NCBI GenBank assembly: GCA_963755715.1
Contig: CAVWLW010000033.1
Coordinates: forward strand, 32,001-96,000
DNA length: 64,000 nt
Reading direction: 5' to 3'
Source: an uncultured delta proteobacterium
Lineage (GTDB): Bacteria > Desulfobacterota > Binatia > UBA9968
Shown piece by piece: positions 18,457 to 29,520 of this stretch. How positions within the stretch are numbered: position 1 is the stretch's first letter; each line of letters begins with the position of its first letter. Under the pieces are notes generated by a model. The model was not told where the DNA came from, searched no databases, and saw only the letters and a list, made by a program, of their open reading frames with translations. The translations under genes and the position numbers were made by a program.

Positions 18457-20113
18457 CTAGTCTAAAGTTTCCAATTTCAAAACCGACGCGCCGTGGTTGC
18501 TGCCGACCCAGAACGTTACCGGCGAAGTATTGTTATCCACGAATACTCGGCGGATGTTGGTCTCCCGCGGCAACAGATAGTCGGTGAACTGGCTGGTCTT
18601 GGGGTCGAGGCGCGTGACCCGGTCGGTCCACATGGAGCCGGCCCAAACTTCACCGTTTTTATCCGGCACGACGTGGTAGGGCGCGCTCCAGGGGATCGGC
18701 ACCTTCCATTCCTGGATTTTCCCCGACTTCGGATCGAGCATGCCGATGCCATTGGCGCCGTATTCCGCGAACCAGAGACGATCCTGCGCATCGAATCGGC
18801 CGCGCCGCGGTCGGGAGCCTTGTGTGATCGTCGAGAAAACTTTGAACTCTTTGGTCTTGGCATCGATACGGCCGATGTTGTTGGCGCCAAACTCGAGCAA
18901 GTAGAGATTGTTCTCACTGTCCGACGGAATGCCGTAGGCGTTGATCGAGCGACCGGCGCCGGGAATCTGAAACTCGCCGAGATTTTCGTATTGTCCTGTG
19001 GCGAGATCGAGCCGATAGATGGCATGGGTGTCCTGATTGTTCGTCCAGACTTTGCCGTCCACGTGAGAATTCGCCGGGCTCACCATCGATTGCTGGGTGT
19101 GATCGCCCTGCCATTCCTTTGGCACCGGGTAAACCTGAAACTTTTCCGTCTTGCGGTCGAACTTGGCGATGCCGCCCTGATACATCAATGACACCCAAAC
19201 ATTTTGTTCCTTATCCAGCTGGAGATCGAGCGTCCCGAGGGGAAATCCCTTTTTCAGCACCGGGATCGGAAATTCCGTTACTTCGCCGGTCTTTGGATTC
19301 AGGCGGCCGATAAACTGTTCGCCGAAATCCGAGTACCAGACAAGCCCTTCGGAGTCTAGGACGACGTCGTGCGGCATCGCCAACTTCCGCGGCAGATCAT
19401 ATTCAGTGATGATCGTGTGCGTGGCTTTGCCCTTGGGCCGCGGCAAAGTTTTGAGCGGAAAACTCTGCTTCGAGTTGTAGCTCGCGTTCACGTTGGCAAG
19501 CCAGGCGCCGAGTTCCATCGGATCGACGCCGCGGGTGCGGTCGCGCTGCACGCTCCCGACAGTCACTTGCGGCCGGAGCGGACTGCTGCCCGGCGCATAA
19601 GTCGACATGCGGCGAAATACTTGCACCCACTCTTCCGCGCTTTTGTTGGCCTTTACGATACGTTCAATGGTGTGGCAGCCGTTACAACTTAGGAGAAAAT
19701 TTTTCTGCTGTTCCGTGCCGGGTATGCTCAGCAGCCATTCAGCGTCGGTTAGTTGCGCCGACGGATTTTCGGCCGCTTTGAGTTTGAGATTGGCGGTGGC
19801 GGTTTTGCCGGCGATCACGTCGACGGTCTTGGGACCGTCGAGATCGTAACCGACCGCACGAATTTTCAGAGCGTAATGGCCGGGCTCAAGTTTTTCACCG
19901 GGAAAGGCAAATCGTCCTTTGGCGTCGCTGACGACATTGACCGTCATCGTCGAGCCGTCTTTTTTGGCGCCGACGACGACGCCTTCCATCAAGCTTTTCT
20001 TTTTGCGAGCTGACTTGGCCGGTCAGTGCTATGGCGCCGTTGGCGTGAACATCGGTGGCGAGTAGTAACGAAAAGACTACCAGGGCGACGCTGGCGAGAA
20101 ATTTGTTCCGCAT
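18457..20113 (-). CDS. Exported carboxypeptidase-regulatory-like domain + c-type heme + Vgb-like beta-propeller protein (frameshift near 19990)
   Basis: Signal MRNKFLASVALV; SDAKGRF...GHY.LKIRAVGY beta-sandwich; CNGCH; repeated G.VW...IGRLDPKTG propeller blades. Confidence 0.8.
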
Positions 20114-20345
20114 TTGAATCCTCCTTAGACGGGCCGTTTTTGGAGATCCGAAGGGAAGCATGCACAAAGTAGCACCGGATCGTTCCCGGCGTCAATTGCC
20201 TTTTTTAACCCCCTATTTAGCTCTTGCGCGCGGGTGGTTGTGCGTTGCTCCGAGAAGCGGGTGTGGTGTATATATGCGCGTGTTGGAGACCTGCTCGACT
20301 CGATGCTGCAACAAGTCCGAGTCCGATCGCGGAAAAGGAGGGAAC

Positions 20346-22507
20346 ATGAAAAAAACAAAATGGCTATTTGTAAGTTCGATGATAAGCGTGGTTGCGATAT
20401 TCTTGATGCTCTCTCCATACCGGCTGAGCAGCCAACAAGGTGCAGTGGTGCGCGTCGACGGTGACGACGTCGGAGGCGTGGTCACCAGCGTGAACGGTCC
20501 GGAGGCCGGCGTCTGGGTGATCGCTGAGACAACGGATCTACCGACCAAGTTTGCCAAGATCGTGGTCACCGATGATCAGGGCCGTTACTTGATTCCCGAC
20601 CTGCCGAAAGCAAATTACAATATTTGGGTGCGTGGTTACGGGCTTGTCGACTCACCGAAAGTTCGGACGGCGCCTGGGAAGACGCTCAATCTCAAAGCGG
20701 TGATTGCATCGACCGATGCCGCGGCGGCTGAATATTATCCGGCAATCTACTGGTATTCGATGCTCAAGATTCCCGACAAGAGCGAATTTCCCGGCACCGG
20801 GGAAAAAGGCAACGGCATGCCGGAAAAACTAAAACATCAAGCTCAGTGGCTCGACGTAGTAAAAACCAATGGCTGCAACACTTGCCATCAACTGGGGAAC
20901 AAAGCGACACGAACAATTGCCAAACAGTTGGGTGAATTCAAATCGTCATCCGACGCCTGGCAGCGGCGCATTCTTTCCGGTCAGGCCATGACGTCGATGC
21001 TCAACGCCGTTGACAGAATCGATTCGAACCGCGCTATGGCCCTCTTCGGCGATTGGACGGACCGCATCGCTGCCGGCGAAGTGCCGAAGTCAAAACCACC
21101 GCGGCCCCAGGGTGTAGAGCGCAACGTCGTCATCAACGTGTGGGATTGGAGCAATCCCAAGGCTTATCTTCACGACGAGATTTCCACCGACAAGCGCAAT
21201 CCGACGGTCAATGCCAACGGGCCGATTTACGGCTCGACGGAATTGAGCACGGATCTTGTGCCGGTGCTTGACCCGCAACATCACAAAGCTTGGGAGATGA
21301 AACATCCCGTGCGCGATCCGAACACGCCGTCCGCGAAGACGGACCCGCTCGCGCCGTCGCCTTACTGGGGCGCTGAGCCGATCTGGGATAGCCAATCGAA
21401 CCAACACAATCCGATGATGGATGAAAAGGCGCGCGTGTGGTTTACGGCGAGAGTCCGTCCGCCGGAGAATCCCGATTTTTGCAAGAAGGGATCGAGCCAT
21501 CCGTCGGCTAAGGTTTTCCCCATCAACAGCGCGAACCGGCATCTATCGATGTACGACCCGAAAACAAAAAAGTTCACCTTGATCAGCACCTGCTTTTCTA
21601 CGCACCATCTGGTTTTTGCGGAAGATGCCGATCACACGCTCTGGACCAGCGCCGGTGGTCCCGCCAGCGGCGTCGTCGGTTGGCTGAACCGCAAGATGTT
21701 CGAAGAAACCGGCGACGAGCAGAAGTCGCAAGGCTGGACACCGCTGATTCTCGACACCAACGGCAACGGCAAGCGCGACGAATGGGTCGAGCCAAATCAG
21801 GCCGTCGATCCGACGAAAGACAAGCGCGTCGCGGCGGCTTTTACGGTATCGCCGTGAGCCCGGTGGACGGTACGGTGTGGGGATCTTCCCAGGGATTTCC
21901 CAGCTCCATCGTGCGACTCAACCCAGGGCCAAATCCTTCGGAAACCGCGCTCGCTGAATTATACGAGGTGCCGCTCGACGCCGGCGCCTACGGCATCCGT
22001 GGGATGGACATCGACCGCAACGGTGTGGTTTGGTCTTCGCTGTCGAGCGGCCATCTGGCGAGCTTTGACCGGCGCAAGTGCAAAGTGCTAAACGGCCCAA
22101 CAGCCACTGGCAAGCACTGTCCCGAAGGCTGGACGCTGCACACGCTGCCAGGACCCAACTTCGAGAGTTTGAAAGAGCCGGGCAGCGCGGAGGCAAGCTA
22201 TTACACCTGGGTGGATCAGTTCGATACTTTCGGTCTGGGCAAAGACGTGCCGATCGCCACCGGCAATCTGAACGATTCTTTGTTGGCTCTGGTGGATGGA
22301 AAGTTCGTCAACCTACGCGTGCCGTATCCTTTGGGATTTTACGCCAAGTGGATGGACGGCAGAATCGACGACCCGAAGGGCGGCTGGAAGGGCAGAGGCC
22401 TGTGGGCGACCACCGGCACGCGGACGCCATTCCACATGGAAGGCGGCAAGGGCACGCGGCCAAAGGTCGTGAAGTTCCAGTTGAGGCCCGATCCATTGGC
22501 GAAATAA
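20346..22507 (+). CDS. Exported mono-heme cytochrome c / beta-propeller protein, paralog 1 (frameshift near 21840)
   Basis: Signal peptide; GPEAGVWVIAET..VTDDQGRY; CNTCH; YLHD, QHN, THH; DTNGNGKRD; ends RPDPLAK. Confidence 0.82.
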
Positions 22508-22595
22508 GTTGGAACTGAACGAACGTCGCTGGACGCGGCTGTGAGTAAATGGTCTGGCGCATGTAAAGTCCTGACGGACGACTAAGGAGATTGCG

Positions 22596-24754
22596 ATGAA
22601 AAACACCAAGACGTTGGGTTTGATGTTGCTGGCTTCCGGTATTGTCGCGCTTATCGCGGCATGCGCGTCTCAGATGGGCGGCGAGCCAAGCACAGGCGCG
22701 GCCGTGCGTATAGATAACGACGACATTGGTGGCGTGGTCACCAGCGCCAATGGACCCGAGGCCGGTGTCTGGGTGATTGCCGAGACCCGCGATCTACCGA
22801 CTCGGTTCGCCAGGATGGTCGTGACCGACGACCAGGGCCGCTACGTCGATACCTGATCTGCCGAATGGGACTTACGACCTGTGGGTTCGTGGGTACGGGC
22901 TGGTCGATTCGCCAAAAGTGAAAGCAACTCCTGGCAAAATCGAAAACCTCAAGGCGGTCATCGCGCCGAACGAAGCCGCTGCGGCTCAATATTATCCGTC
23001 GATCTATTGGTACTCGATGATGAAGATTCCCGACAAGAGCGAGTTCGGGGGCAAGGGGAAAGTTCCCGCTGATATGACGCAGAATGAATACCTGAACTTG
23101 GTGAAGTCAAACGGCTGCGCTAACTGCCATGCGATCGGCAATCGCGCCATGCGCACCTTTCCCGACAACGTGCCGTTCCCCCTGGGCAAGTTCGCAACCT
23201 CCGAGGAAGCCTGGTTTCGCCGCATTCAGTCGGGACAGGGCGGCCATCCCATGTTCGAGACTACGGTCAAGCAACTCGGCACCGCGAATTTGCGTTATCT
23301 TGCCGACTGGACGGACCGCATCGCTAAAGGCGAGCTGCCTCACACGAAGCCAACGCGCCCGCAGGGTGTCGAGCGCAATATCGTCGTCACGACCTGGGAT
23401 TGGCTCGACGACAAACATTACCTGCATGACTTAATCGCGTCTGATCGGCGCTTTCCGAGCGTTAACGCCTACGGCCCTGTGTACGGTTCGACAGAGCTGA
23501 GCATCGATGTCATTCCGATCCTCGATCCCAAAACGAACAGCACCAAAAACTTTCCGGCACCCGTGCGCGACGCCGATACACCTATGGCGATGCAAGAGGG
23601 ACCGATGCAGCCGTCGCCCTATTGGGACAACGAGCGGATTTGGACTAGCAAGGCGAGCAATCACAACGGCATGTTCGACCGCAAAGGCCGCGTCTGGTTC
23701 GCCGCGGCGGTCCGCGGTCCGAACAATCCTGCTTTCTGCCAAAAAGGCTCGGACCATCCTTCGGCGAAAGCGTTTCCGGTTGAGCGCTCGAACCGTCAGT
23801 TTTCGATGCTAGATCCGAAGACCATGAAGTACACCTTCGTCGAGACCTGCTTTAATACACATCATTTGCAATTCGACGCCAATGACGTGCTGTGGGCCAG
23901 CACCGGCGGTGCGAATTCCCCCGTCATCGGCTGGCTCGACATGAAGATTTTCGACGAGACCGGTGACGCGGCCAAAGCGCAGGGCTGGACGCCCTTGATC
24001 CTCGACACCAACGGCAACGGCAAGCGCGACGAATACGTGGAGCCCAATCAGCCGGTGGACCCGACGAAAGACAAACGTATCGTGGCCGGATTCTATGCCA
24101 TCATGCCGAACCCGGCCGACGGCTCCGTCTGGGGTGCCGTACGGACTTTCCCTGGCTCGATCGTGCGCATCGCTCCGGGGTCGAAGCCCTCGGAGACGGC
24201 GCTCTCGGAGATCTACAATATCCCGCTGCCCGGCTTTGGTATCCGCGGGGCCGACATCGACAAGCAAGGCGTCGTCTGGGCGTCGCTCGCAAGCGGCCAT
24301 TTGGCGAGTTTCGATCGAAGAAAATGCAAAGGACCGTTGAATGGTCCCAAGGCGACGGGCGATCACTGCCCCGAGGGCTGGTCGTTCCACCAATATCCCG
24401 GTCCTGGCTTTCAGGGCATAGGCGAGAACAGCGCCGAATCGAGCTATTACTCATGGGTGGACCAGCACAACACGTTCGGACTCGGCGAAGACGTGCCGAT
24501 GTCCACCGGCAACTTACACAACGGCCTGATCGCGTTGAAAGACGGCAAGATGATCCTGCTGCGGGTGCCCTATCCCCTTGGCTTCTACGCCAAAGGCTTC
24601 GACGGACGCATCGACGATCCGAAAGCCGGTTGGAAGGGACGCGGATTGTGGAGCTCGAGTGGCGACCGCGCGCCTTGGCTGATGGAGAACGGCAAGAGGA
24701 TCCAAGCCGCTAGCCGTGAATTTCCAGATGCGCCCCGATCCGTTGGCGAAATGA
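22596..24754 (+). CDS. Mono-heme cytochrome c / beta-propeller lipoprotein, paralog 2 (frameshifts near 22850 and 24695)
   Basis: Lipobox LIAAC; CANCH; YLHD, NHN, THH; colinear with paralogs 1 and 3. Confidence 0.8.
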
Positions 24755-24838
24755 CTCGAGCGCGAACGAAGGAGATGTTGCTCCCGATAGTCCGGCGTAG
24801 GCAGAAACTCTGATGAATCATCGGTTAAGGAGGCGGCC

Positions 24839-27001
24839 ATGAAAAACACGAAAGTGTTGGGTTTGATATTGATCCTTTGTTGCGTCGCCGCGTGGCTGAC
24901 GGTGTATCCGGTGCAGCTCGGCAGTCAACAAGACGCAGGTATACCCATCGATAATGACGACATCGGCGGCGTGGTCACGAGTGCGAAGGGGCCGGAAGCT
25001 GGCGTCTGGGTGATCGCCGAGACCAACGATCTTCCCACCAGATTTGCCAGGATGGTCGTCACGGACGATCAAGGACGCTACGTGATTCCGGAGTTGCCCA
25101 AAGCCAATTACGACATCTGGGTGCGCGGTTACGGATTGGTGGATTCACCGAAAGTGAAAAGCGCTCCCGGCAAGCTTCTCAACCTCAAAGCGGTGGTGGC
25201 GCCAAACGAAGCCGCGGCGGCGCAATATTATCCGGCAATTTATTGGTATTCGATGCTCAAGATTCCTGAAGCCAACGAGTTCGGCGGCAAGGGTGAGATC
25301 CCGGCGAAGCTGACTCAGACCGAATGGCTCAACACCATGAAGAACAACGGCTGCATCGGCTGCCATCAGCTCGGTCAGCTCTCCACGCGCACGTTTCCGA
25401 AGAGCGTCCCGCATCCGATCCACATGGGGACGTCCCAAGAATCGTGGTTCCGCCGCATCCAGTCCGGTCAATCCGGCGAGCAAATGTTTGACGTTATGGT
25501 CAAGCAAATGGGCGGCGCGCCGATTCGCTATTTCGCCGACTGGACGGACCGGATCGCCAAGGGCGAGCTACCGCAGACAAAACCTGAGCGGCCCCAAGGG
25601 ATCGAGCGCAATATTGTCGTCACGACCTGGGATTGGCTCAACGAAAAAAAATATCTGCATGACTTGATAGCCTCGGATCGACGTTACCCGACGGTCAACG
25701 CCTATGGACCGCTCTACGGCTCCACCGAATACAGCACCGACGTGATTCCAGTGCTGGATCCGGTCAAAAACACTGTGTCCAGCATCGTCGCGCCGGTGCG
25801 CGATGACAATATTCCGGAGGCGCTCGGGCCTGGGCATGCGGCGAGCGACAAACTCATGCAGCCGTCGCCTTACTGGGGCGGCGAGAAGCTCTGGGATACC
25901 AAGGCGAACAACCATAACGGCATGATCGATCGCAAAGGCCGCGTTTGGTTTGCGGCAAGATTTCGCGACGCGAATAATCCCGATTTTTGCAAGAAAGGCT
26001 CCGGCCATCCGTCGGCCAGAGTCTTTCCGTTGGAGCGGACCAATCGCCAGCTCACAGTCCTCGATCCCAAGACCGGACAATACTCGTACGTCGATACTTG
26101 TTTCGGCAGCCATCATTTGCAATTCGGCTACGACGCCAGTGAAACGTTATGGACCAGCGGCGGCGGGCAGGTGGTAGGATGGGTCAACACCAAAATGTTC
26201 GATGAGACCGGTGATATCGCAAAGTCGCAAGGCTGGACGCCGATGATTCTCGACACCAACGGCAATGGCAAGCGCGACGACTACGTAGAGCCGAATCAGC
26301 CGGTGGACCCAACTAAGGACAAGCGCATTGTCGCCGGCTTTTATGCGGTGATGCCCAATCCGGTGGACGGCTCGGTCTGGGGCACGTTCCGCAGTAATCC
26401 GGGCGCAGTCGTGCGCGTCGCTCCGGGAAGCAACCCTTCCGAAACTGCTCTCACCGAGATCTATAACGTACCAATGCCCGGTTTTGGGCCGCGCGGTGGT
26501 GATATCGATCGCCAGGGCGTCGTCTGGGTGTCCTTGGCGAGCGGCCACCTCGGTAGCTTCGATCGCAGGAAATGCAAAGGCCCGCTCAACGGACCAAAAG
26601 CGACCGGCGATCATTGCCCCGAGGGTTGGTCTTTTTATAAATATCCCGGACCGGGCTTCAAAGGTCTCGGCGATAATAGCGCCGAGTCGAGCTACTACAC
26701 CTGGGTCGATCAGCACAACACGTTCGGCCTCGGCGAAGACGTGCCCATGTCCACCGGCAACTTGAACGACGGCCTGATCGCCATGAAAGACGGCAAGATG
26801 ATCGTGCTGCGCGTGCCCTACCCGATGGGCTTTTACGCGAAGGGCTTCGACGGGCGCATCGACGATCCTAAGGCTGGATGGAAAGGGCGCGGCCTGTGGA
26901 CCACGAGCGGCGACCGCGCGCCATGGTTGAAAGAAGGCGGTAAAGGCGCCAAGCCGATCGTTGTGCACTTCCAGATTCGCCCCGATCCGCTGGCGAAGTA
27001 A
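24839..27001 (+). CDS. Exported mono-heme cytochrome c / beta-propeller protein, paralog 3 (intact, 720 aa)
   Basis: Signal peptide; CIGCH; YLHD, NHN, SHH; DTNGNGKRD; AGGAGG RBS. Confidence 0.88.
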   Translation: MKNTKVLGLILILCCVAAWLTVYPVQLGSQQDAGIPIDNDDIGGVVTSAKGPEAGVWVIAETNDLPTRFARMVVTDDQGRYVIPELPKANYDIWVRGYGLVDSPKVKSAPGKLLNLKAVVAPNEAAAAQYYPAIYWYSMLKIPEANEFGGKGEIPAKLTQTEWLNTMKNNGCIGCHQLGQLSTRTFPKSVPHPIHMGTSQESWFRRIQSGQSGEQMFDVMVKQMGGAPIRYFADWTDRIAKGELPQTKPERPQGIERNIVVTTWDWLNEKKYLHDLIASDRRYPTVNAYGPLYGSTEYSTDVIPVLDPVKNTVSSIVAPVRDDNIPEALGPGHAASDKLMQPSPYWGGEKLWDTKANNHNGMIDRKGRVWFAARFRDANNPDFCKKGSGHPSARVFPLERTNRQLTVLDPKTGQYSYVDTCFGSHHLQFGYDASETLWTSGGGQVVGWVNTKMFDETGDIAKSQGWTPMILDTNGNGKRDDYVEPNQPVDPTKDKRIVAGFYAVMPNPVDGSVWGTFRSNPGAVVRVAPGSNPSETALTEIYNVPMPGFGPRGGDIDRQGVVWVSLASGHLGSFDRRKCKGPLNGPKATGDHCPEGWSFYKYPGPGFKGLGDNSAESSYYTWVDQHNTFGLGEDVPMSTGNLNDGLIAMKDGKMIVLRVPYPMGFYAKGFDGRIDDPKAGWKGRGLWTTSGDRAPWLKEGGKGAKPIVVHFQIRPDPLAK

Positions 27002-27011
27002 TTCATTACGA

Positions 27012-27053
27012 TCCGGCGGAACCGTTGGTCGCGGTTCCGCCGGAATGTTTTTT
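27012..27053 (+). terminator. Rho-independent terminator
   Basis: TCCGGCGGAACCG / CGGTTCCGCCGGA 13-bp stem followed by T tract. Confidence 0.85.
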
Positions 27054-28060
27054 TACCTCACTCCCGCCGCGTTCAAGTAATTCAGATCGACAAAGCGTTC
27101 AGGCTCCGGCAGAGGCTTTTTGATCGTGTCGGCTTCGCCCATGAAGGTGATGACTTGGGCCAAACCTTTGAGGTTGATCTCGGCTTGTTTTGGCAGGACG
27201 TTACGCTCGGGCTCAAAAAATAGCTTGAGCGTCTGCTCGGCGATCTCGCTTGACGAGTCGGTTGCTTCGACAATTATTTTCACGATGGTTTTGCGATTGG
27301 CCGGATCGCGAATGAATTTCAGCGCGGCGCCGAGGCCGCGCACATAGCGGACGAGCGCTTCTTTATTCGCGCTTGCCCATGAACGGCGCGCCGCCGTGAC
27401 GGTATAGACGAACTCGGGTACGGCTTCGGTGGACAGTCCGAGCAGCCGATTGCCGTCTTTCACCGCTAGCAGATCCTGCGGTTGGCCGAGCGGCACGGCG
27501 TCGCATTCGCCGCGCCGCAAGCATGTGTAGCGCGCCGGCGTTCCCTCGATGATCCTGACGCGGAAATCCTCATTGCGCAGACCGTGGAGGGCGAGCAGCT
27601 TGCGTGTCGAGAGGGTGATTGAGCCGGCTTCATCGGCGAGCCCGATGAGTTTGCCCTTGAGGTCGGCGAAGCTTTTTATTTCGGGCCTCGCCACTAGACT
27701 GTAAATAGGATTGTTGAACTCGGCGGCAATCGCCCTCGCGTCGGAGCCCGCGAGTACAGCCCGGATCAAAAACGCCGTCGCGATATGCGTCACGTCGGCG
27801 CTGCCGTCGTTGAGCGCGTCGAGCATTTTGTCCGAGCCGCCGGGGAGCGGCACGACCACGTGGAAATCCAGCTTCTCGCGGCGAAAGAAACCCTCCCGCT
27901 CGGCAACGGTTACCGGCAATGAAAAAATACTGCGTATCGCGGAGTAGCTTTGCGCGTAGCGCAACGATAGCGTTTGCGCGGCGGCGAATTGGCTGCCCGC
28001 GCAAAGAAGCGTGCTTACGGTGATAAAAAGTGAAAGCGGCAAGCGAGCTCGCGAGCGCAT
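27053..28060 (-). CDS. ABC-type substrate-binding protein, NMT1/THI5/SsuA-like
   Basis: Signal peptide; AEREGFFRRE.L, IKSFADLKGK, ERFVDLNYL. Confidence 0.85.
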   Translation of the reverse strand: MRSRARLPLSLFITVSTLLCAGSQFAAAQTLSLRYAQSYSAIRSIFSLPVTVAEREGFFRREKLDFHVVVPLPGGSDKMLDALNDGSADVTHIATAFLIRAVLAGSDARAIAAEFNNPIYSLVARPEIKSFADLKGKLIGLADEAGSITLSTRKLLALHGLRNEDFRVRIIEGTPARYTCLRRGECDAVPLGQPQDLLAVKDGNRLLGLSTEAVPEFVYTVTAARRSWASANKEALVRYVRGLGAALKFIRDPANRKTIVKIIVEATDSSSEIAEQTLKLFFEPERNVLPKQAEINLKGLAQVITFMGEADTIKKPLPEPERFVDLNYLNAAGVR

Positions 28061-28114
28061 GATGAAATCGGTTTAGCGCGCCGCAGGAATTTCAAATCGA
28101 TTCATCGAAACGAT

Positions 28115-28513
28115 CTACTTCGCGCCGACTTGTTGCATGGTGCACTCGACTTCGACGGTGGCAGCTTTTTTATCGCGCGGTGGGCGCGTGAGCGTGCGAA
28201 TTTGCTTGTAGCCGTCCTTGCTGCACGAAATGGAGACACGGTTCGCGGTGATGTTCTTGCCGAAGCCCGGCAGTTTATAGACTCCGGTGGCGTCGGTGCG
28301 GGCAACGACGGATCCCAGGCCTTTGATCTCAGCCGTGACTTTGGCGTCGCGAATCGTTTTACCGGTGTTGTCCTTTACGAAGCCGAAGAAAGCCAAGCCG
28401 TCGGCTTCATCGTGAATATCGGGCGCATCGCCGCCCGCCCAGACGGGAGAAACAAACAACAGACTCACTGCCATGCCGAGCGCGAGATGAGTTTTAAGGT
28501 GCTGCATCGTCAT
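28115..28513 (-). CDS. Small exported carboxypeptidase-regulatory-like (transthyretin-like beta-sandwich) protein
   Basis: Signal ending VWA; GFVKDNTGK.IRDAKV, TDATGVY; two Cys; start trimmed to MTMQH. Confidence 0.75.
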   Translation of the reverse strand: MTMQHLKTHLALGMAVSLLFVSPVWAGGDAPDIHDEADGLAFFGFVKDNTGKTIRDAKVTAEIKGLGSVVARTDATGVYKLPGFGKNITANRVSISCSKDGYKQIRTLTRPPRDKKAATVEVECTMQQVGAK

Positions 28514-28539
28514 TCGCCCTTCGTTCAGAACCGCCTTAT

Positions 28540-28878
28540 CTAGCGCATAAAAAAGCCGCTCAACATATAGCTGAAAACAACCATCGACGCTATCGGTACG
28601 GCCCAGGACCAACCGGACCAGAGCCGTTGCGCGAGCCGTTCGGGCATGAATCGAGCCAGAGTCGCCGCCGCGAAGGCGACAATGGCGGCTGTCGCTATCC
28701 AGCCGTACCAATACATGGCGGGACCGTCGCGCGGCGGCTGTACCAGCGGGCCGAATTCTTCGAGCGCCGGGTGATAAGTGAACAGCGCATAATTATTTTG
28801 CACCGCGATTAGATAACTGACTGAGTAAACTACGGTGAACACGACGGCACTGGAATGGAACGAGCGCGACGCGATCAT
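28540..28878 (-). CDS. Hypothetical membrane protein (3 TM)
   Basis: Hydrophobic helices; loop LFTYHP..GPAMYWYGW; ATGA overlap with the upstream gene. Confidence 0.75.
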   Translation of the reverse strand: MIASRSFHSSAVVFTVVYSVSYLIAVQNNYALFTYHPALEEFGPLVQPPRDGPAMYWYGWIATAAIVAFAAATLARFMPERLAQRLWSGWSWAVPIASMVVFSYMLSGFFMR

Positions 28879-29339
28879 GATCCGAATCCTCTGATGTTGT
28901 TAAGAATATGTCCGACCAAAAAGCTCCACCACACGATAAACGCAAAGGTTGCGGTGATGACGGCGCGGGCGCGGGTCTCGCTTTCGGCCAGCGGTTGGCG
29001 CCAGAAGGACCAGTAAGCGGGGAGCATGCCCAGCCCCAGCGCGACGAAATGCTCTTTCAATTCGAATGCACCGTTGGCCTTCCACAAATCCAACTGCTCG
29101 AGCACGACGCGAACAGCCATGCGATATTCGCCGTAGATGATGCCTCCAAGGATCGCCGTGGCGACGTACAGAAAAATGATCGCCGAAACGTAGGACGGCG
29201 CGGACACGGCGCGCACGCGACCGACGAATGAGTCGGCGGTTTTGCGCGCCGGCACCAGGACACTGATGGCCTGGTGTGTGATCGAGCCGAGCAGCGCCAC
29301 CGCCAACAGACCGTGCACGATGAGCAAAAAGGTCGTCAT
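28875..29339 (-). CDS. Hypothetical 4-TM membrane protein with four His (possible b-type cytochrome)
   Basis: H9 and H22 in TM1, KEHF, VGHILNN; AGGAG RBS. Confidence 0.75.
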   Translation of the reverse strand: MTTFLLIVHGLLAVALLGSITHQAISVLVPARKTADSFVGRVRAVSAPSYVSAIIFLYVATAILGGIIYGEYRMAVRVVLEQLDLWKANGAFELKEHFVALGLGMLPAYWSFWRQPLAESETRARAVITATFAFIVWWSFLVGHILNNIRGFGS

Positions 29340-29520
29340 GAAGATTTCTCCTCGGCGTTCCCGCTGAGCGTTCCATACTCCGGTCCCGGTTCGATGTCTA
29401 GCCCATCGTCTATCATTACGGCGGAGGCGCCACGAAAAACAAGTTGCGCACAGATAAAAGAGCGGGTTCTTGTCGCTTGCGGCGCCATGATGTACTAGAG
29501 GAAGAAAGCGAGCTGGTTAT

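Noticed and set aside
18457-27001. Nitrite reductase cd1, NosZ, PQQ dehydrogenase, Vgb resistance gene or carboxypeptidase
   Set aside because: No recognisable d1, CuA or PQQ tryptophan-docking signatures; heme and export signal do not fit Vgb; the carboxypeptidase-like domain is only a non-catalytic beta-sandwich
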